Shown here: positions 17,899 to 29,124 of the stretch, piece after piece | How the letters are laid out: each line of letters begins with the position of its first letter | How positions within the stretch are numbered: position 1 is the first letter of the stretch | DNA from: Verrucomicrobiia bacterium | GTDB lineage: Bacteria > Verrucomicrobiota > Verrucomicrobiia > Limisphaerales > UBA8199 | Reading direction: 5' to 3' | DNA length: 64,000 nucleotides | Assembly (NCBI GenBank): GCA_035294005.1 | Contig: DATGLT010000294.1 | Span: forward strand, 2,238-66,237 | Position numbers and translations under genes: made by a program | Notes under the pieces: generated by a model | Database searches by the model: none | What the model was told of the DNA's origin: nothing | What the model saw: only the letters and a program-made list of their open reading frames with translations

Positions 17899-17954
17899 TG
17901 GGAAGAAATATTCGAGTCGCCACGCGGAATAAAGAGTAATGATAAGGAACGGAA

Positions 17955-19250
17955 TCAGGGCAGGTGTTCGTCGAAATAATCGGAAAAGACTCTCACCAGG
18001 CCAGCCCCGTACTCTCGCCAATGGGCGGCGGAAGGGTAGTCGTTCAATCCCGCGATCCAATTGCAGTTGAATTCATGAACGGCAGCGTAGACGCCAAAGC
18101 GCTCGAGCCAGCCTTCTCCCAACGAGCCCGGGTTACGGAAGTTTGCCCCGGTGCTGCCTTCGGTAAACCAGGTGTCTTTGCGAAGAAACCTTTCCAATCT
18201 GGCCATGTGTTCCAGGTAAGGCTGCAGGCGGGGACCTTCAAGGCGGCTTAGCTGCAGCAGTCCCGCTCCGTCATTGTGCAGTTCCAGGGCGACTTCCGGT
18301 GCAAGGCCCGCGTGGACCATGGATTCCAGCCATTGCTCAAGTGCATGGTTTTCGGGGGCGGTCAGAGGGTCCGCCGGTTTGTCCCAGCCGCGGTTGAGGT
18401 CTTTGCCAAGCAGGTTGAACCGGGTGCGCCCGCGGGCCACGCCGTCTTTGTTGGCCATAGGCAGAACGTACGCGCAAAATAGCCGACGCGACTCGCGGAC
18501 CGAATCATCTGTATCCAGCATCCGCTGGATGAATCCCTGGATGACCCAGCTTGTCCCCGCTTCCCACGGGTGAGCGCGAGCCCGTAAAAAAACCCGATGG
18601 GCCGCGTTGGGATCGCCGATGCGGACGATTTCCAACGGCCTGCCTTCTACCGTCCTGCCAATCGTTTTGATTTCAACCAGTGCATTGGTGCGGATACGTT
18701 CCAGGAGCTTCTTGAGGTCCGAGAGGCGGTACGGTTCGACCCTGGCAACAAACAGCCTTGGCGAGGGCATCGTGACTTTAAGTATGATCCGGTTGCCCGG
18801 CAGCGCTGACAAAGAAACGGGCTTCCAGTTCACGGCGTCCGGCGAAATAAAGGCGGTCTTCAATTCGCGGGCGATTGAGCCCGGCTGCCGATTCCAGATG
18901 TTATCCAGGTTCTGAAATTCTAAAGTCAGTTGGGTGCCTGTCCGGGCGCTGATCATGAAGTGGAAATGCCCGGCCGCCCTGTTGACGGATGAACGCTCGT
19001 TATCATAGACGAGATGGACGTTAACCGTGGAATCCTGGCCGAAATCGTACCAAAGAGGCGAAGCATTCTCGAAGCTGGTATCAATGAACTCAAACCCATC
19101 TGGCGGGTTCGGAATCGAAGTTGCCGCTGTGACTGGAGAATTAGCAGGCGCAACCGCATCGCCGCCAAATGCGCATAATTCCAAACAGGTGCCGCTTCCA
19201 ATGACCAGGAAGGAAGTCAGCGTTAGACCTCGCCAGGCGAATTTGCTCAT
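17955..19250 (-). CDS. M14-family zinc carboxypeptidase-like protein, exported
   Basis: RARAHPWEAGTS (HxxE) and YVLPMANKDGVARG. Start moved to ATG 19250 (MSKFAWRGLTLTSFLVIGSG). Confidence 0.7.
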   Translation of the reverse strand: MSKFAWRGLTLTSFLVIGSGTCLELCAFGGDAVAPANSPVTAATSIPNPPDGFEFIDTSFENASPLWYDFGQDSTVNVHLVYDNERSSVNRAAGHFHFMISARTGTQLTLEFQNLDNIWNRQPGSIARELKTAFISPDAVNWKPVSLSALPGNRIILKVTMPSPRLFVARVEPYRLSDLKKLLERIRTNALVEIKTIGRTVEGRPLEIVRIGDPNAAHRVFLRARAHPWEAGTSWVIQGFIQRMLDTDDSVRESRRLFCAYVLPMANKDGVARGRTRFNLLGKDLNRGWDKPADPLTAPENHALEQWLESMVHAGLAPEVALELHNDGAGLLQLSRLEGPRLQPYLEHMARLERFLRKDTWFTEGSTGANFRNPGSLGEGWLERFGVYAAVHEFNCNWIAGLNDYPSAAHWREYGAGLVRVFSDYFDEHLP

Positions 19251-19381
19251 GCACGTGGCCGGCCCCGAGAGACCGGCTGGCGGCAAGTCTGCCACAGACA
19301 ACGAGCACAGGACAGGGGATTGGAGGCGGGCCGTTGCTTTTCCTCCGTGCAATCCGGAACTTCGGCGGTTAAAACACAAAG

Positions 19382-20125
19382 ATGTATGTGGTTGGCATTA
19401 TTCCGGCCCGGTATGCCTCGACGCGCTTTCCCGCAAAGCCGCTCGCTTTAATCGGCGGCACGCCTTTGGTGTGCCGGGTTGTCGAGCGATGCAAGAAAGC
19501 GGGATCGCTGTCCGAAGTTATCGTCGCCACGGACGATGAACGGATCGCAGCGGCAGTCGGGACCCTGTGCCGGGTTGAGATGACCGGCGCACACCATCCG
19601 ACGGGGTCGGATCGGATCGCGGAAGTGGCGCAGCGAGTCGCCTGCGACGCGGTGGTTAATATCCAGGGCGACGAACCGCTGATTGACCCGGCCGCCATTG
19701 ATGCGGTCGCCGGGGCCTTGCGCAACGCCGAAATGTCCACTGCGGCAACGGCCATTCACAACCGCGAAGATTACGAAAACCCCAATGTCGTAAAAGTCGT
19801 TGTCAACCGAATAGGCAACGCTCTATACTTTTCGCGGCGCACAATTCCGTATCTGCGCGATGCCGCCAGTAGTTCGGTGAGCGAACAGTTGGCGGCGTTT
19901 CCATTTTTGAAACACCTTGGCATTTATGGTTACCGCCGGGAAACATTGTTGCGTTTGGTGCGCAGCCCGGCGTCACCGCTCGAGCAAGCGGAAAAGCTCG
20001 AACAACTGCGCGCGCTCGAGAACGGCATATCCATCGCGGTGGTCCGGGTTGACTATGACAGCGTGGGCGTTGATGTCCCCTCTGACGTCGCGCGCGTCGA
20101 GCAACTGTTGAATAAAGCCACATGA
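19382..20125 (+). CDS. kdsB: 3-deoxy-manno-octulosonate cytidylyltransferase (CMP-KDO synthetase)
   Basis: [24 protein letters not shown]...NIQGDEPL. The stop overlaps the pyrG start (ATGA). Confidence 0.9.
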   Translation: MYVVGIIPARYASTRFPAKPLALIGGTPLVCRVVERCKKAGSLSEVIVATDDERIAAAVGTLCRVEMTGAHHPTGSDRIAEVAQRVACDAVVNIQGDEPLIDPAAIDAVAGALRNAEMSTAATAIHNREDYENPNVVKVVVNRIGNALYFSRRTIPYLRDAASSSVSEQLAAFPFLKHLGIYGYRRETLLRLVRSPASPLEQAEKLEQLRALENGISIAVVRVDYDSVGVDVPSDVARVEQLLNKAT

Positions 20126-21729
20126 AATACATCTTTGTCACTGGCGGCGTTGTTTCCTCGCTCGGGAAAGGGCTGACCGCAGCCTCGCTCGGGACGTTGC
20201 TCGAAAACCGCGGACTCAAGGTGGTGCTGCAGAAGTTTGATCCGTATCTCAACGTGGACCCGGGCACGATGAATCCTTATCAGCACGGGGAAGTTTACGT
20301 GCTCGATGATGGAGCGGAAACAGACCTCGATTTGGGGCATTACGAGCGTTTTACCAATTGCCAGCTGACCCGGCTCAATAACCTGACCAGCGGCCAGGTT
20401 TATCAAACGGTTCTCAACAATGAGCGCGAGGGCAAGTATTTGGGCAAAACCGTCCAGGTGATTCCCCACGTGACAAACGAGATTCAAAACCGGATCCATA
20501 AGCTGGCCGAGACAACCAAAGCCGACGTCATTATCACTGAAATCGGCGGCACGACCGGGGACATCGAGGGGTTGCCCTTCCTGGAAGCAATTCGTGAATT
20601 CGCGTTGGAAGTCGGATCCCACAACGCCCTTTTCCTTCATGTCACCTACGTGCCTTTCATCAAAGCGGCAGGAGAACTTAAGACCAAACCCACGCAACAG
20701 TCGGTCGCTAAACTGCGCGAAATCGGAATCGCCCCGCATATCCTGGTTTGCCGCTGCGAAAAGCCGCTCGACAAGGATCTGCGCCGAAAGATTTCCGTGT
20801 TCTGCAACGTCCCCTTCGAGGCTGTGATCGAGGAAAAAGATGTCGACCACAGCATCTACGAAGTGCCCCTCATGTTGCAGCGGGAGCGAGTCGACGACCT
20901 GGTTTGCCGGCAATTGCACCTGGATACTCCCACGCCGGACATGGCACACTGGCAGGAAATCCTGCGCAAAATCATTGCTCCCCAGCGCCGGGTGCGGATT
21001 GGTGTAGTGGGCAAATACATTGAATTGCAGGACGCCTACAAATCCGTTTACGAGGCGATCATACATGGCGGCGTCGCGAACGATTGCGGCGTCGAGATCC
21101 AGAAAGTCGACGCTGAGGAGATTGAGCGCGAAGGCCCGGAAAAGCTTTTGAAAGGTTTGGGCGGGGTGCTGGTGCCGGGAGGTTTTGGAGAGCGGGGCAT
21201 CGAGGGAAAAATCCATGCGGCGCGATATGCGCGCGAAAATAATCTGCCTTACCTGGGCCTGTGCCTCGGGATGCAGATCGCGACGATTGAGTTCGCCCGG
21301 AACGTGCTGAAACTCCCCAAGGCGCACTCAACCGAGTTTGATCCCAACACACCCGACCCGGTTATCGCGATGCTGGATGAGCAAACCAAGGTGACCAGGA
21401 AAGGCGGAACCATGCGCCTTGGAGCCCAACCGTGTCAGCTCGTCGTCGGAACCAGGGCCGCCCGCCTGTACGGAGCTTTCGTCGTTAAGGAAAGGCACCG
21501 GCACCGTTACGAGTTCAATAACGCTTACCGCGAGGGATTCACCAAAGCAGGTTTTGTTTTTAGTGGATTTACGCCGGACGGAAAGCTGGTCGAGGTCATT
21601 GAACTTGCCAATCACCCGTTCTTCATCGCCAGCCAGTTTCATCCCGAATTCCATAGCAAACCGCATCAACCTCACCCCCTATTCAAGGGTTTCATCGCAG
21701 CGGCCCACGTGCATAGCCACGGACGTTAG
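20122..21729 (+). CDS. pyrG: CTP synthase
   Basis: [24 protein letters not shown] glutaminase Cys, ...RHRHRYEFN. Confidence 0.95.
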   Translation: MKYIFVTGGVVSSLGKGLTAASLGTLLENRGLKVVLQKFDPYLNVDPGTMNPYQHGEVYVLDDGAETDLDLGHYERFTNCQLTRLNNLTSGQVYQTVLNNEREGKYLGKTVQVIPHVTNEIQNRIHKLAETTKADVIITEIGGTTGDIEGLPFLEAIREFALEVGSHNALFLHVTYVPFIKAAGELKTKPTQQSVAKLREIGIAPHILVCRCEKPLDKDLRRKISVFCNVPFEAVIEEKDVDHSIYEVPLMLQRERVDDLVCRQLHLDTPTPDMAHWQEILRKIIAPQRRVRIGVVGKYIELQDAYKSVYEAIIHGGVANDCGVEIQKVDAEEIEREGPEKLLKGLGGVLVPGGFGERGIEGKIHAARYARENNLPYLGLCLGMQIATIEFARNVLKLPKAHSTEFDPNTPDPVIAMLDEQTKVTRKGGTMRLGAQPCQLVVGTRAARLYGAFVVKERHRHRYEFNNAYREGFTKAGFVFSGFTPDGKLVEVIELANHPFFIASQFHPEFHSKPHQPHPLFKGFIAAAHVHSHGR

Positions 21730-21792
21730 AGGCCCCGCCACGGCGCCGCGCTTCGCAACCCGACTCTTTATCACCCCTCAACCTGACAGGGC

Positions 21793-23079
21793 ATGTCTTA
21801 CTCGGATGCAGTTCGTTTCCTTTATGAGTTGCGCTGGTTCGGCGCGAAATTTGGCCTGCAAAACACCTTCCGGCTGGCCGAGCTCGCGGGCAACCCGCAA
21901 AAAAAGCTCCGCTTCATTCACGTCGCCGGCACAAACGGTAAAGGCTCCACCTGCGCCATGCTCGAGAGCATTTACCGCCATGCCGGCTTAAGGGTCGGCC
22001 TTTTTACTTCGCCACACCTGGTCGCCTTTTGCGAACGCATTCAGGTCAATCGCAGGTTCATCCCGGAAGATGAAGTGGCCCGGCTCGTTGCCGCTATCAA
22101 ACCTCTGCTGAGTCAATTCTCCAATGATCAACATCCTACCTTCTTCGAAGTGGTCACGGTCATGGCCCTGCTCTATTTCGCGGCGCAAAACTGCGATTTG
22201 GTCATTTGGGAAACCGGTCTCGGCGGTCGCCTCGACGCAACAAACATCGTCCAACCCATCGCCAGCGTCATCACCAACATACAATACGATCACCAGAAAT
22301 ACCTCGGCGAATCCCTCGCCAGCATTGCAGGTGAAAAGGCCGGAATCATCAAACCCGGGGTGCCCTCGGTGACTGGGACGGAAGCGCCCGAGGCACTGGC
22401 CGTCCTGACCCAAACCGCGGCTCAAGTGCGGTCGCCCCTGACAATTGTCCGCCCCGAAGAAGCCCGCCGGGCACCGCTCGATGCCATCCACCTGCCTCTT
22501 CTGGGCGATCACCAAAAAATGAACGCCGCCGTCGCCCTCGCAACGGTCCGGGTTCTCCAGCAGCAGATCCCCATCGACGACGAGACAATTCAAATCGGGC
22601 TAAGCAGGGTTCAGTGGGCCGGACGCTTGCAGGTCGTAACTCGCGCTTCAGGTCAAAAAATTCTCCTCGACGCGGCCCATAACATGGGCGGCGCCGAGAG
22701 CTTTGCCGCGGCCCTCAAGGGCTATTTCGCGGGAATGAGGCCTCTTCTTATCCTCGGAATCCTGCAGGATAAAGATTGGCAGCACATGTGCCGAATCCTC
22801 GCGCCGCTGTCCGACCATATCCTCCTGGTGCCAGTTCATAGCGAACGCAGTGCCGAACCGCACGGCCTTGCGGAGGTTTGCCGCATGGCCAATCCACAGA
22901 GCCGGGTTGAGGAGTGTTCCGGCTTACCCGATGCTTTGGCCAAAGTGTCGGAAGCCGGTTTTGTGGCCATCGTCGGCTCCCTTTACCTGGTCGGTGAAGC
23001 CATGGAGGTCCTGCACCTGACGGCAGGTCAACGCGAAGGAGAAAGAAGCCTTAACGAATGGAGCGTCCGCCAGGGGTAA
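21793..23079 (+). CDS. folC: Bifunctional folylpolyglutamate synthase / dihydrofolate synthase
   Basis: FIHVAGTNGKGST P-loop. Mur-ligase-like layout, 428 aa. Confidence 0.85.
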   Translation: MSYSDAVRFLYELRWFGAKFGLQNTFRLAELAGNPQKKLRFIHVAGTNGKGSTCAMLESIYRHAGLRVGLFTSPHLVAFCERIQVNRRFIPEDEVARLVAAIKPLLSQFSNDQHPTFFEVVTVMALLYFAAQNCDLVIWETGLGGRLDATNIVQPIASVITNIQYDHQKYLGESLASIAGEKAGIIKPGVPSVTGTEAPEALAVLTQTAAQVRSPLTIVRPEEARRAPLDAIHLPLLGDHQKMNAAVALATVRVLQQQIPIDDETIQIGLSRVQWAGRLQVVTRASGQKILLDAAHNMGGAESFAAALKGYFAGMRPLLILGILQDKDWQHMCRILAPLSDHILLVPVHSERSAEPHGLAEVCRMANPQSRVEECSGLPDALAKVSEAGFVAIVGSLYLVGEAMEVLHLTAGQREGERSLNEWSVRQG

Positions 23080-23762
23080 TAATAAAAGTGCCGCGCCCCC
23101 GCTTGCGTCCACTTGCTGCCGTAACGTTCGACGTAGGCGGCACCCTGATAGAGTGCCAGCCTTCAGTGGGCCACCTCTATGCCGAAGTCGCCGCGAGGCA
23201 CGGGCACCCGGGTCTTTCCCCCGAATGGTTGAACGCAAACTTCAAAAAGGCCTGGCAGCAAGCCACCCGCTTCAGTCATACGCCGGCCGAATGGGCGGCC
23301 ATTGTGGACGAAACATTTTGCGGCTCTGTCGAGCCCCCGCCCAGCAAATCATTTTTCCCACAATTATATGACCGCTTTTCCGAACCCGACGCGTGGCACG
23401 TTTTCGAGGACGTCATGCCAATCCTGGAACACCTCAGGTCGAAAGGAGTGAAATTGGGAGTCATTTCCAACTGGGATGACCGTTTGCGTCCTTTGCTTCG
23501 AAAACTCGGCCTGGAACCCTATTTCGATGTCATTACGGTTTCCTGCGAGCAGAATGCCTGCAAACCAGCGCGGACGCTTTTTGAGAGGACTTGCGCCCTG
23601 CTCAAAACTGCTCCTGAAGACACAGCCCACGTCGGGGACAGCCTGGATATGGACGTGCGCGGAGCGGAAGCTGCCGGGTTGGCGGCTTTCTGGCTCAGAC
23701 GGGGAGCGGCGTCGGCGGCTCCGGGCGTGATCGGGACTCTGCTGGAGCTGAATAAGATATGA
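23058..23762 (+). CDS. HAD-superfamily hydrolase (subfamily IA-like)
   Basis: AVTFDVGGTLI motif I, VISNWD motif II, GDSLDMDVRGAEAAG motif IV. ATG 23058 overlaps folC by 22 nt; GTG 23088 is an alternative start. Confidence 0.75.
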   Translation: MERPPGVIIKVPRPRLRPLAAVTFDVGGTLIECQPSVGHLYAEVAARHGHPGLSPEWLNANFKKAWQQATRFSHTPAEWAAIVDETFCGSVEPPPSKSFFPQLYDRFSEPDAWHVFEDVMPILEHLRSKGVKLGVISNWDDRLRPLLRKLGLEPYFDVITVSCEQNACKPARTLFERTCALLKTAPEDTAHVGDSLDMDVRGAEAAGLAAFWLRRGAASAAPGVIGTLLELNKI

Positions 23763-23803
23763 TTACTTCTATTATAGGCCACGCTTAATATGAGTTTGGG
23801 TTC

Positions 23804-23831
23804 TTGACCTGCGCCGTCCTACCGGTAGATT
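23804..23831 (+). promoter_or_regulatory. Candidate sigma-70-type promoter for sdhCAB
   Basis: TTGACC (23804-23809), 16-nt spacer, TAGATT (23826-23831), about 55 nt upstream of the sdhC ATG. Pattern match only. Confidence 0.3.
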
Positions 23832-23885
23832 CCTTTCGTTGCGCAGCCCGGCGGCCCGCTCCCCAGGGCACCGGTTCTTTGTCTC

Positions 23886-24590
23886 ATGAAGATAATTACG
23901 CATTTATTCGACTCGTCACTGGGCAAGAAGTACGTGATGGCAGTGACGGGGTTTCTTTTATTTTTGTTCGTGATCGGGCACCTGGTCGGAAATCTCCAGG
24001 TGTTTCTCGGGCCGGAGGCAATCAACCGGTACGGCCATTTCCTGCAGAGCAATTATGAGCTGGTCTGGCCGGCGCGAATCGCCCTGTTGGGGATTGTGGG
24101 GTTGCACATCTGGAGCGCCGCCAGGCTCTCGCTGGAAAATCGGGCAGCGCGGCCTGTGGCTTATGCCACGTATACTCCGATTGGTTCGAGCTACGCTTCG
24201 CGTACGATGCTGATGAGCGGGCTGATCGTGCTGGTTTTCATCATCTACCACCTTCTGCATTTCACCGTTCAGACCGAGTCGCTGAACTTTACGGGCCGGA
24301 ATTTCACCGGGTTCATCGATCCGGAGAAGCGTCACGACATTTTTAAGATGATGATCGTTGGGTTCAACAACGGCTGGGTATCCGGGTTCTATATTCTCGG
24401 AATGGCCCTGTTGTGCCTGCACCTGAGCCATGGGTTGAGCAGCATGTTCCAATCCCTCGGTTGGAAAAACGACATTTACCGGCCGTTTTTGGACAAGGCA
24501 GCACGCGTCGTGGCTACGCTCATCTTCCTGGGCTACACCTCGATCCCGGTCGCTATCCTGTGCGGCTACGGAAAGGAGGCTTTGAAGTAA
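23886..24590 (+). CDS. sdhC: Succinate dehydrogenase / fumarate reductase cytochrome b subunit (single large b-type anchor)
   Basis: Multiple TM helices with conserved His ([24 protein letters not shown]). Lies 1 nt before sdhA. Confidence 0.8.
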   Translation: MKIITHLFDSSLGKKYVMAVTGFLLFLFVIGHLVGNLQVFLGPEAINRYGHFLQSNYELVWPARIALLGIVGLHIWSAARLSLENRAARPVAYATYTPIGSSYASRTMLMSGLIVLVFIIYHLLHFTVQTESLNFTGRNFTGFIDPEKRHDIFKMMIVGFNNGWVSGFYILGMALLCLHLSHGLSSMFQSLGWKNDIYRPFLDKAARVVATLIFLGYTSIPVAILCGYGKEALK

Positions 24591-24591
24591 T

Positions 24592-26508
24592 ATGCCACTG
24601 GATAGCAAAATCCCCTCAGGGCCGTTGGCGGCCAAATGGGACAAACACCGGTTCGACCTCAAACTGGTAAACCCGGCAAACAAACGTAAGTTTGATATCA
24701 TCGTCGTCGGGAGCGGTCTGGCAGGAGCCTCGGCCGCGGCCTCGCTGGCGGAGCTGGGTTACAAGGTCAAGTGCTTCTGTTTCCAGGACAGCCCGCGGCG
24801 GGCGCACAGCATTGCGGCGCAAGGGGGCATCAATGCGGCCAAGAATTATCAGAATGACGGGGACAGCATTTATCGTTTGTTTTACGACACGATAAAAGGG
24901 GGCGATTTCAGGGCACGCGAAGCCAATGTTTACCGTTTGGCGCAGGTGAGCGGCAATATCATCGACCAGTGCGTGGCGCAGGGAGTGCCTTTCGCGCGCG
25001 AATATGGCGGACTTCTGGCCAACCGCTCGTTTGGGGGCGCGCAAGTCTCGCGCACTTTTTACGCACGGGGCCAGACGGGCCAGCAATTGCTCCTCGGCGC
25101 ATACCAGGCACTTTGCCGGCAAATCGGGCTGGGGACCGTGGAGATGCACCCACGAACAGAAATGCTCGACCTGGTAGTCATCGACGGCCAGGCCAAAGGT
25201 ATCGTGACGCGAAACCTGGTCTCGGGTGAAATCGGCTCGCATGCCGCGGATGCCGTGGTCCTGGCGACGGGCGGTTACGGCAATGTCTTCTTCCTGTCGA
25301 CCAATGCGAAAGGGTGCAACGTAACGGCGACCTGGCGGGCTTACAAAAAGGGGGCGTTTTTCGCGAACCCCTGTTACACGCAAATCCACCCCACATGCAT
25401 TCCCGTCAGTGGAGAACACCAATCCAAGCTGACACTGATGTCGGAGTCGCTGCGCAACGATGGCCGCGTTTGGGTCCCCAAACGCAAGGAGGATTGCCCC
25501 AAGGCGGCTTCTTCCGTCCCGGAGGCAGACCGTGACTATTTTCTTGAAAGGAAATATCCCAGCTTCGGCAACCTGGCTCCACGCGACATTTCATCCCGGT
25601 CGGCAAAAGAGGTTTGTGACGAAGGCCGCGGAGTGGGCCCGGGAGGGCTCGGAGTGTACCTGGATTTCGCCGATGCGATTCGCCGGCTTGGCCTTCACGT
25701 CGTCCAGGAGCGGTACGGCAACCTGTTCGACATGTACGAAAAGATCACAGGCGAAAACGCCTACCAGGTGCCGATGCGGATCTATCCGGCTGTGCACTAC
25801 ACAATGGGAGGGTCGTGGGTTGACTACAACCTGATGAGTACCCTTCCGGGTTTGTTCGTGATTGGTGAAGCCAATTTTTCCGACCATGGCGCGAATCGAT
25901 TGGGCGCCAGCGCGCTGATGCAGGGACTGGCCGATGGTTACTTTGTTCTGCCGTACACGATTGGCAATTATTTTGCCGGAACCAGGCCCGCTAAGGTCGC
26001 GGCCTCGCACGCGGAGTTCAAACGGGCCGAAGAAAATGTGCGCCAGCTAACGAACAAACTGCTTTCGATTAAGGGCAAACGCACGCCCACGTCGTTGCAC
26101 CGGGAATTAGGCAAGTTGTTGTGGGAAAAATGCGGCATGGCCAGGAACGAAGCAGGCCTGAAAGAGGCGCTTAAACGAATTCCGGAATTGCGCGATGAGT
26201 TTTGGAAAAATGTCAACGTCACGGGCGGCGGCGGCGAACTGAACCAGTCCTTGGAATATGCCGGCCGGGTGGCCGACTTCATGGAATTTGCGGAGTTACT
26301 TTGCATCGACGCGTTGCACCGAAGCGAATCGTGCGGCGGACATTTCCGTGAAGAATTCCAGACCCCCGACGGCGAAGCCAAGCGGGATGATGAAAACTTC
26401 GCCTATGTGGCGGCATGGGAATACCAGGGGCCTGCCAAAGCGCCTTCTTTGCACAAGGAGCCGCTGGTGTACGAGGAAGTGCACATGAGCACGCGAAGCT
26501 ACAAATAG
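24592..26508 (+). CDS. sdhA: Succinate dehydrogenase / fumarate reductase flavoprotein subunit
   Basis: [18 protein letters not shown] fold, [17 protein letters not shown], ...CGGHFREE. Confidence 0.95.
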   Translation: MPLDSKIPSGPLAAKWDKHRFDLKLVNPANKRKFDIIVVGSGLAGASAAASLAELGYKVKCFCFQDSPRRAHSIAAQGGINAAKNYQNDGDSIYRLFYDTIKGGDFRAREANVYRLAQVSGNIIDQCVAQGVPFAREYGGLLANRSFGGAQVSRTFYARGQTGQQLLLGAYQALCRQIGLGTVEMHPRTEMLDLVVIDGQAKGIVTRNLVSGEIGSHAADAVVLATGGYGNVFFLSTNAKGCNVTATWRAYKKGAFFANPCYTQIHPTCIPVSGEHQSKLTLMSESLRNDGRVWVPKRKEDCPKAASSVPEADRDYFLERKYPSFGNLAPRDISSRSAKEVCDEGRGVGPGGLGVYLDFADAIRRLGLHVVQERYGNLFDMYEKITGENAYQVPMRIYPAVHYTMGGSWVDYNLMSTLPGLFVIGEANFSDHGANRLGASALMQGLADGYFVLPYTIGNYFAGTRPAKVAASHAEFKRAEENVRQLTNKLLSIKGKRTPTSLHRELGKLLWEKCGMARNEAGLKEALKRIPELRDEFWKNVNVTGGGGELNQSLEYAGRVADFMEFAELLCIDALHRSESCGGHFREEFQTPDGEAKRDDENFAYVAAWEYQGPAKAPSLHKEPLVYEEVHMSTRSYK

Positions 26509-26510
26509 CC

Positions 26511-27257
26511 ATGAATCTGACTTTACGAGTTTGGCGGCAGAAAAACGCGGAGGCACCGGGCCACTTCGAAACCTACGAGGCCCGCGGGGTGCTGGAGGAC
26601 ATGTCGTTTCTGGAGATGCTCGACGTCGTCAACGAGGGAATCCTCGAACGGGGCCAGGAACCGATTGCGTTCGATTCCGATTGCCGTGAGGGCATTTGCG
26701 GAATGTGCTCGCTGGTCATCAATGGCATTCCCCACGGCGGCCACCGCGGTACGGCCACCTGCCAGCTACACATGCGCCACTTCAAGGACGGGGATACGAT
26801 CACAATCGAGCCGTGGCGCGCCAAGGCGTTCCCCGTACTGAAGGACCTGGTCACGAACCGCAGCGCTTTCGATCGGATCGTTCAGGCGGGAGGTTTTGTT
26901 TCCGTCAATACCGGCGGGACTCCCGACGGGAATTGCATTCCGGTTGCAAAGACCGTCGCCGACAAATCGATGGACGCCGCGGCGTGTATTGGGTGCGGCG
27001 CATGCGTCGCCGCCTGCAAAAACGCTTCGGCAATGCTGTTCGTCGCAGCCAAGGCTTCCCATCTCAATCTCCTGCCCCAGGGGAAAGCGGAAAAAGATCA
27101 ACGAGCCTTGCGAATGGTTGAACAAATGGACGCCGAAGGCTTCGGCAATTGCACGGTGACAGGCTCGTGTGAGGCGGTTTGTCCGAAGGAAATCAGCCTG
27201 AGTTTTATCGCGAAGCTCAACCGCGATTTCGGCATCGCCGCCTTGCAAGGCAAATAG
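26511..27257 (+). CDS. sdhB: Succinate dehydrogenase / fumarate reductase iron-sulfur subunit
   Basis: Start moved to ATG 26511, 2 nt after the sdhA stop. Cluster motifs [21 protein letters not shown] and [12 protein letters not shown]. Confidence 0.9.
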   Translation: MNLTLRVWRQKNAEAPGHFETYEARGVLEDMSFLEMLDVVNEGILERGQEPIAFDSDCREGICGMCSLVINGIPHGGHRGTATCQLHMRHFKDGDTITIEPWRAKAFPVLKDLVTNRSAFDRIVQAGGFVSVNTGGTPDGNCIPVAKTVADKSMDAAACIGCGACVAACKNASAMLFVAAKASHLNLLPQGKAEKDQRALRMVEQMDAEGFGNCTVTGSCEAVCPKEISLSFIAKLNRDFGIAALQGK

Positions 27258-27270
27258 CCGCCGCGCAAGT

Positions 27271-29061
27271 TCAGCTGCTGGTCTTCTTCCAGTCCACCCC
27301 GGCCCTCCTCGCTGGATTCTCTTCCGCCGGCCGATCCAAGGGCAAGGAAATGCCGATGGTCGTACCATGCCCAACTCGCGACTTAATCTTGATTTCGCCC
27401 CGGTGCGTTTCCACAACTCTGCCCACAATCGCCAATCCCAGGCCGGTGCCTTTGACTTTGGTCGTGCTCAGGACGGATGAAAATGCGCGGCGGCGCTGCT
27501 CGGCGCTCATTCCATGCCCGGTGTCGGCGAACTCCACAACTGCGTGCCCGTTCGGTCCTCCCCGGCCTGGATCCGAGGCTGCAAGCCGGGATGTGATCGT
27601 GAGTGTACCCCCATCCGGCATGGCTTCGGCCGCGTTCAGGATCAGGTTGAGGAACGCCTGTTCGAGCTGCCCAGCCTCACCCATGACCGGAGCCAGGTCC
27701 GCGCGCAGATTGCGCACGAGCCGAATGTTCTGGTGCTTGAGCTTGTGGCGAACCAGGAGGCAAAGCTCTTCAATGATTTCGTTAAGGTTTACGGGCGCAA
27801 ACTGCGGTTCGGTCGTTCGGGCAAAATCAAGGATCTGCTCGACGATTTTATTCAAGTGGTCAATCTTCTGGCCAATAATGCCGGCGTCTTTGGCCCTCGG
27901 ATCATTTTCCGGAAACCGCAGATCCAGTGAATGATAGAGCATTTTCATCACCGTGAGGGGATTCCGGATCTCGTGAGCCACTTCGGCTGCGAGCAGGCCC
28001 AAAGCGGAGAGCTTTTCATTCTGGCGCATCTGGTCTTCCACGTCGACCAGCCGTTCATAGAGTCGCGCTTTCTCAATGGCGATTGCCGAGAGTTCCGCCA
28101 GCGCGGAAAGAATTCGGATTTCCTCGTTCGAAAAACTGTAAGGCTGGCCGGTGTAGACGTTCAAGGTGCCGATGGCCTGGCCGGTAAAAAGCAAAGGCAC
28201 GCTTAAGAGGGCAACCAACCCCTCGCGTTGGGCGACCTCGATGTTCTGGTAGCGGGTCGATGTTTGGACGTTCGTCACCTGAAGCGGCTTTTTCCGCCGA
28301 ATAACCACTCCCAGCAGCCCATCTTCGACGCTGACCCGCGGCTTGCGCACGTAAGCGTCCCCCGCGCCGTGACTGGCTCTTAAATCAAGCCAGTGCCGGG
28401 TTTCGTCCAGCAGCATCAGAGAACACATTCGGCCGCGCATCAGCAGGCATGCTTCGCGCGTAATGACGTTCAGAGCGTCGTCCAGGCTAATAGTCGAGTT
28501 GATGGTTTGGCTCACGCTGGCCAATGATTCGAACAGACGAGCTTTGAGCCGCAGTTGCTCGTACAGCCAGGTGTTGTGAATCACCCGCGCCGCTTGTTGG
28601 GCAAGCGCTTCCAGCAGCTCCTGGTCCTCACTGCTAAAGGCTTCAGCCTGCTCGGAGTCGACGTTCAAAACGCCTCTCAATTCGCCGTTGACCTCTAACG
28701 GAACGGCTAACTCAGCGCGAACCTCCGGCCGCAACATGATGTAACGCGGGTCTTTGCCAACTTCCCCCACACGCGCGGGTTTGCCCGTCCGCGCAACCCA
28801 TCCGGTGATGCCCTCGCCTACGCGGAGCTTCAAATCGGCCGCTCGTTCGGGCAAGCCGTATGAGGCGTGAATTTCCAGAAATCCGTTGGTCGGGTTTATA
28901 AGAACCACTGAGCCGCTCGAAGCACGCATGACCCGGACCGCTTCGCTAATGATCAACCTCAGCGCTTCCTGGGCATCGAGAGTCGAATGGATCACGTTTC
29001 CGACCTGGTGCAGCAAACTCAGGCGGTCGTACCGGGCTTTCAATTCTGTAAGCTCGTCCAC
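27271..29061 (-). CDS. Cytoplasmic GAF-GAF sensor histidine kinase
   Basis: Two GAF-like halves, H-box EVAHEIRNPLTVMK, N-box LNLILNAAEA, DTGHGM and GTGLGLAIV. GTG start. No adjacent response regulator. Confidence 0.85.
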   Translation of the reverse strand: MDELTELKARYDRLSLLHQVGNVIHSTLDAQEALRLIISEAVRVMRASSGSVVLINPTNGFLEIHASYGLPERAADLKLRVGEGITGWVARTGKPARVGEVGKDPRYIMLRPEVRAELAVPLEVNGELRGVLNVDSEQAEAFSSEDQELLEALAQQAARVIHNTWLYEQLRLKARLFESLASVSQTINSTISLDDALNVITREACLLMRGRMCSLMLLDETRHWLDLRASHGAGDAYVRKPRVSVEDGLLGVVIRRKKPLQVTNVQTSTRYQNIEVAQREGLVALLSVPLLFTGQAIGTLNVYTGQPYSFSNEEIRILSALAELSAIAIEKARLYERLVDVEDQMRQNEKLSALGLLAAEVAHEIRNPLTVMKMLYHSLDLRFPENDPRAKDAGIIGQKIDHLNKIVEQILDFARTTEPQFAPVNLNEIIEELCLLVRHKLKHQNIRLVRNLRADLAPVMGEAGQLEQAFLNLILNAAEAMPDGGTLTITSRLAASDPGRGGPNGHAVVEFADTGHGMSAEQRRRAFSSVLSTTKVKGTGLGLAIVGRVVETHRGEIKIKSRVGHGTTIGISLPLDRPAEENPARRAGVDWKKTSS

Positions 29062-29124
29062 GCTAAAAAGGTTAACCCGGAAACAGCGTCCCGCACGGCG
29101 CCGACAGGTACTGACTTCGTCGTT

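Noticed and set aside
20053-21327. 424-aa minus-strand ORF
   Set aside because: Antisense to pyrG, whose identity is unambiguous. No recognisable domain. Shadow ORF.
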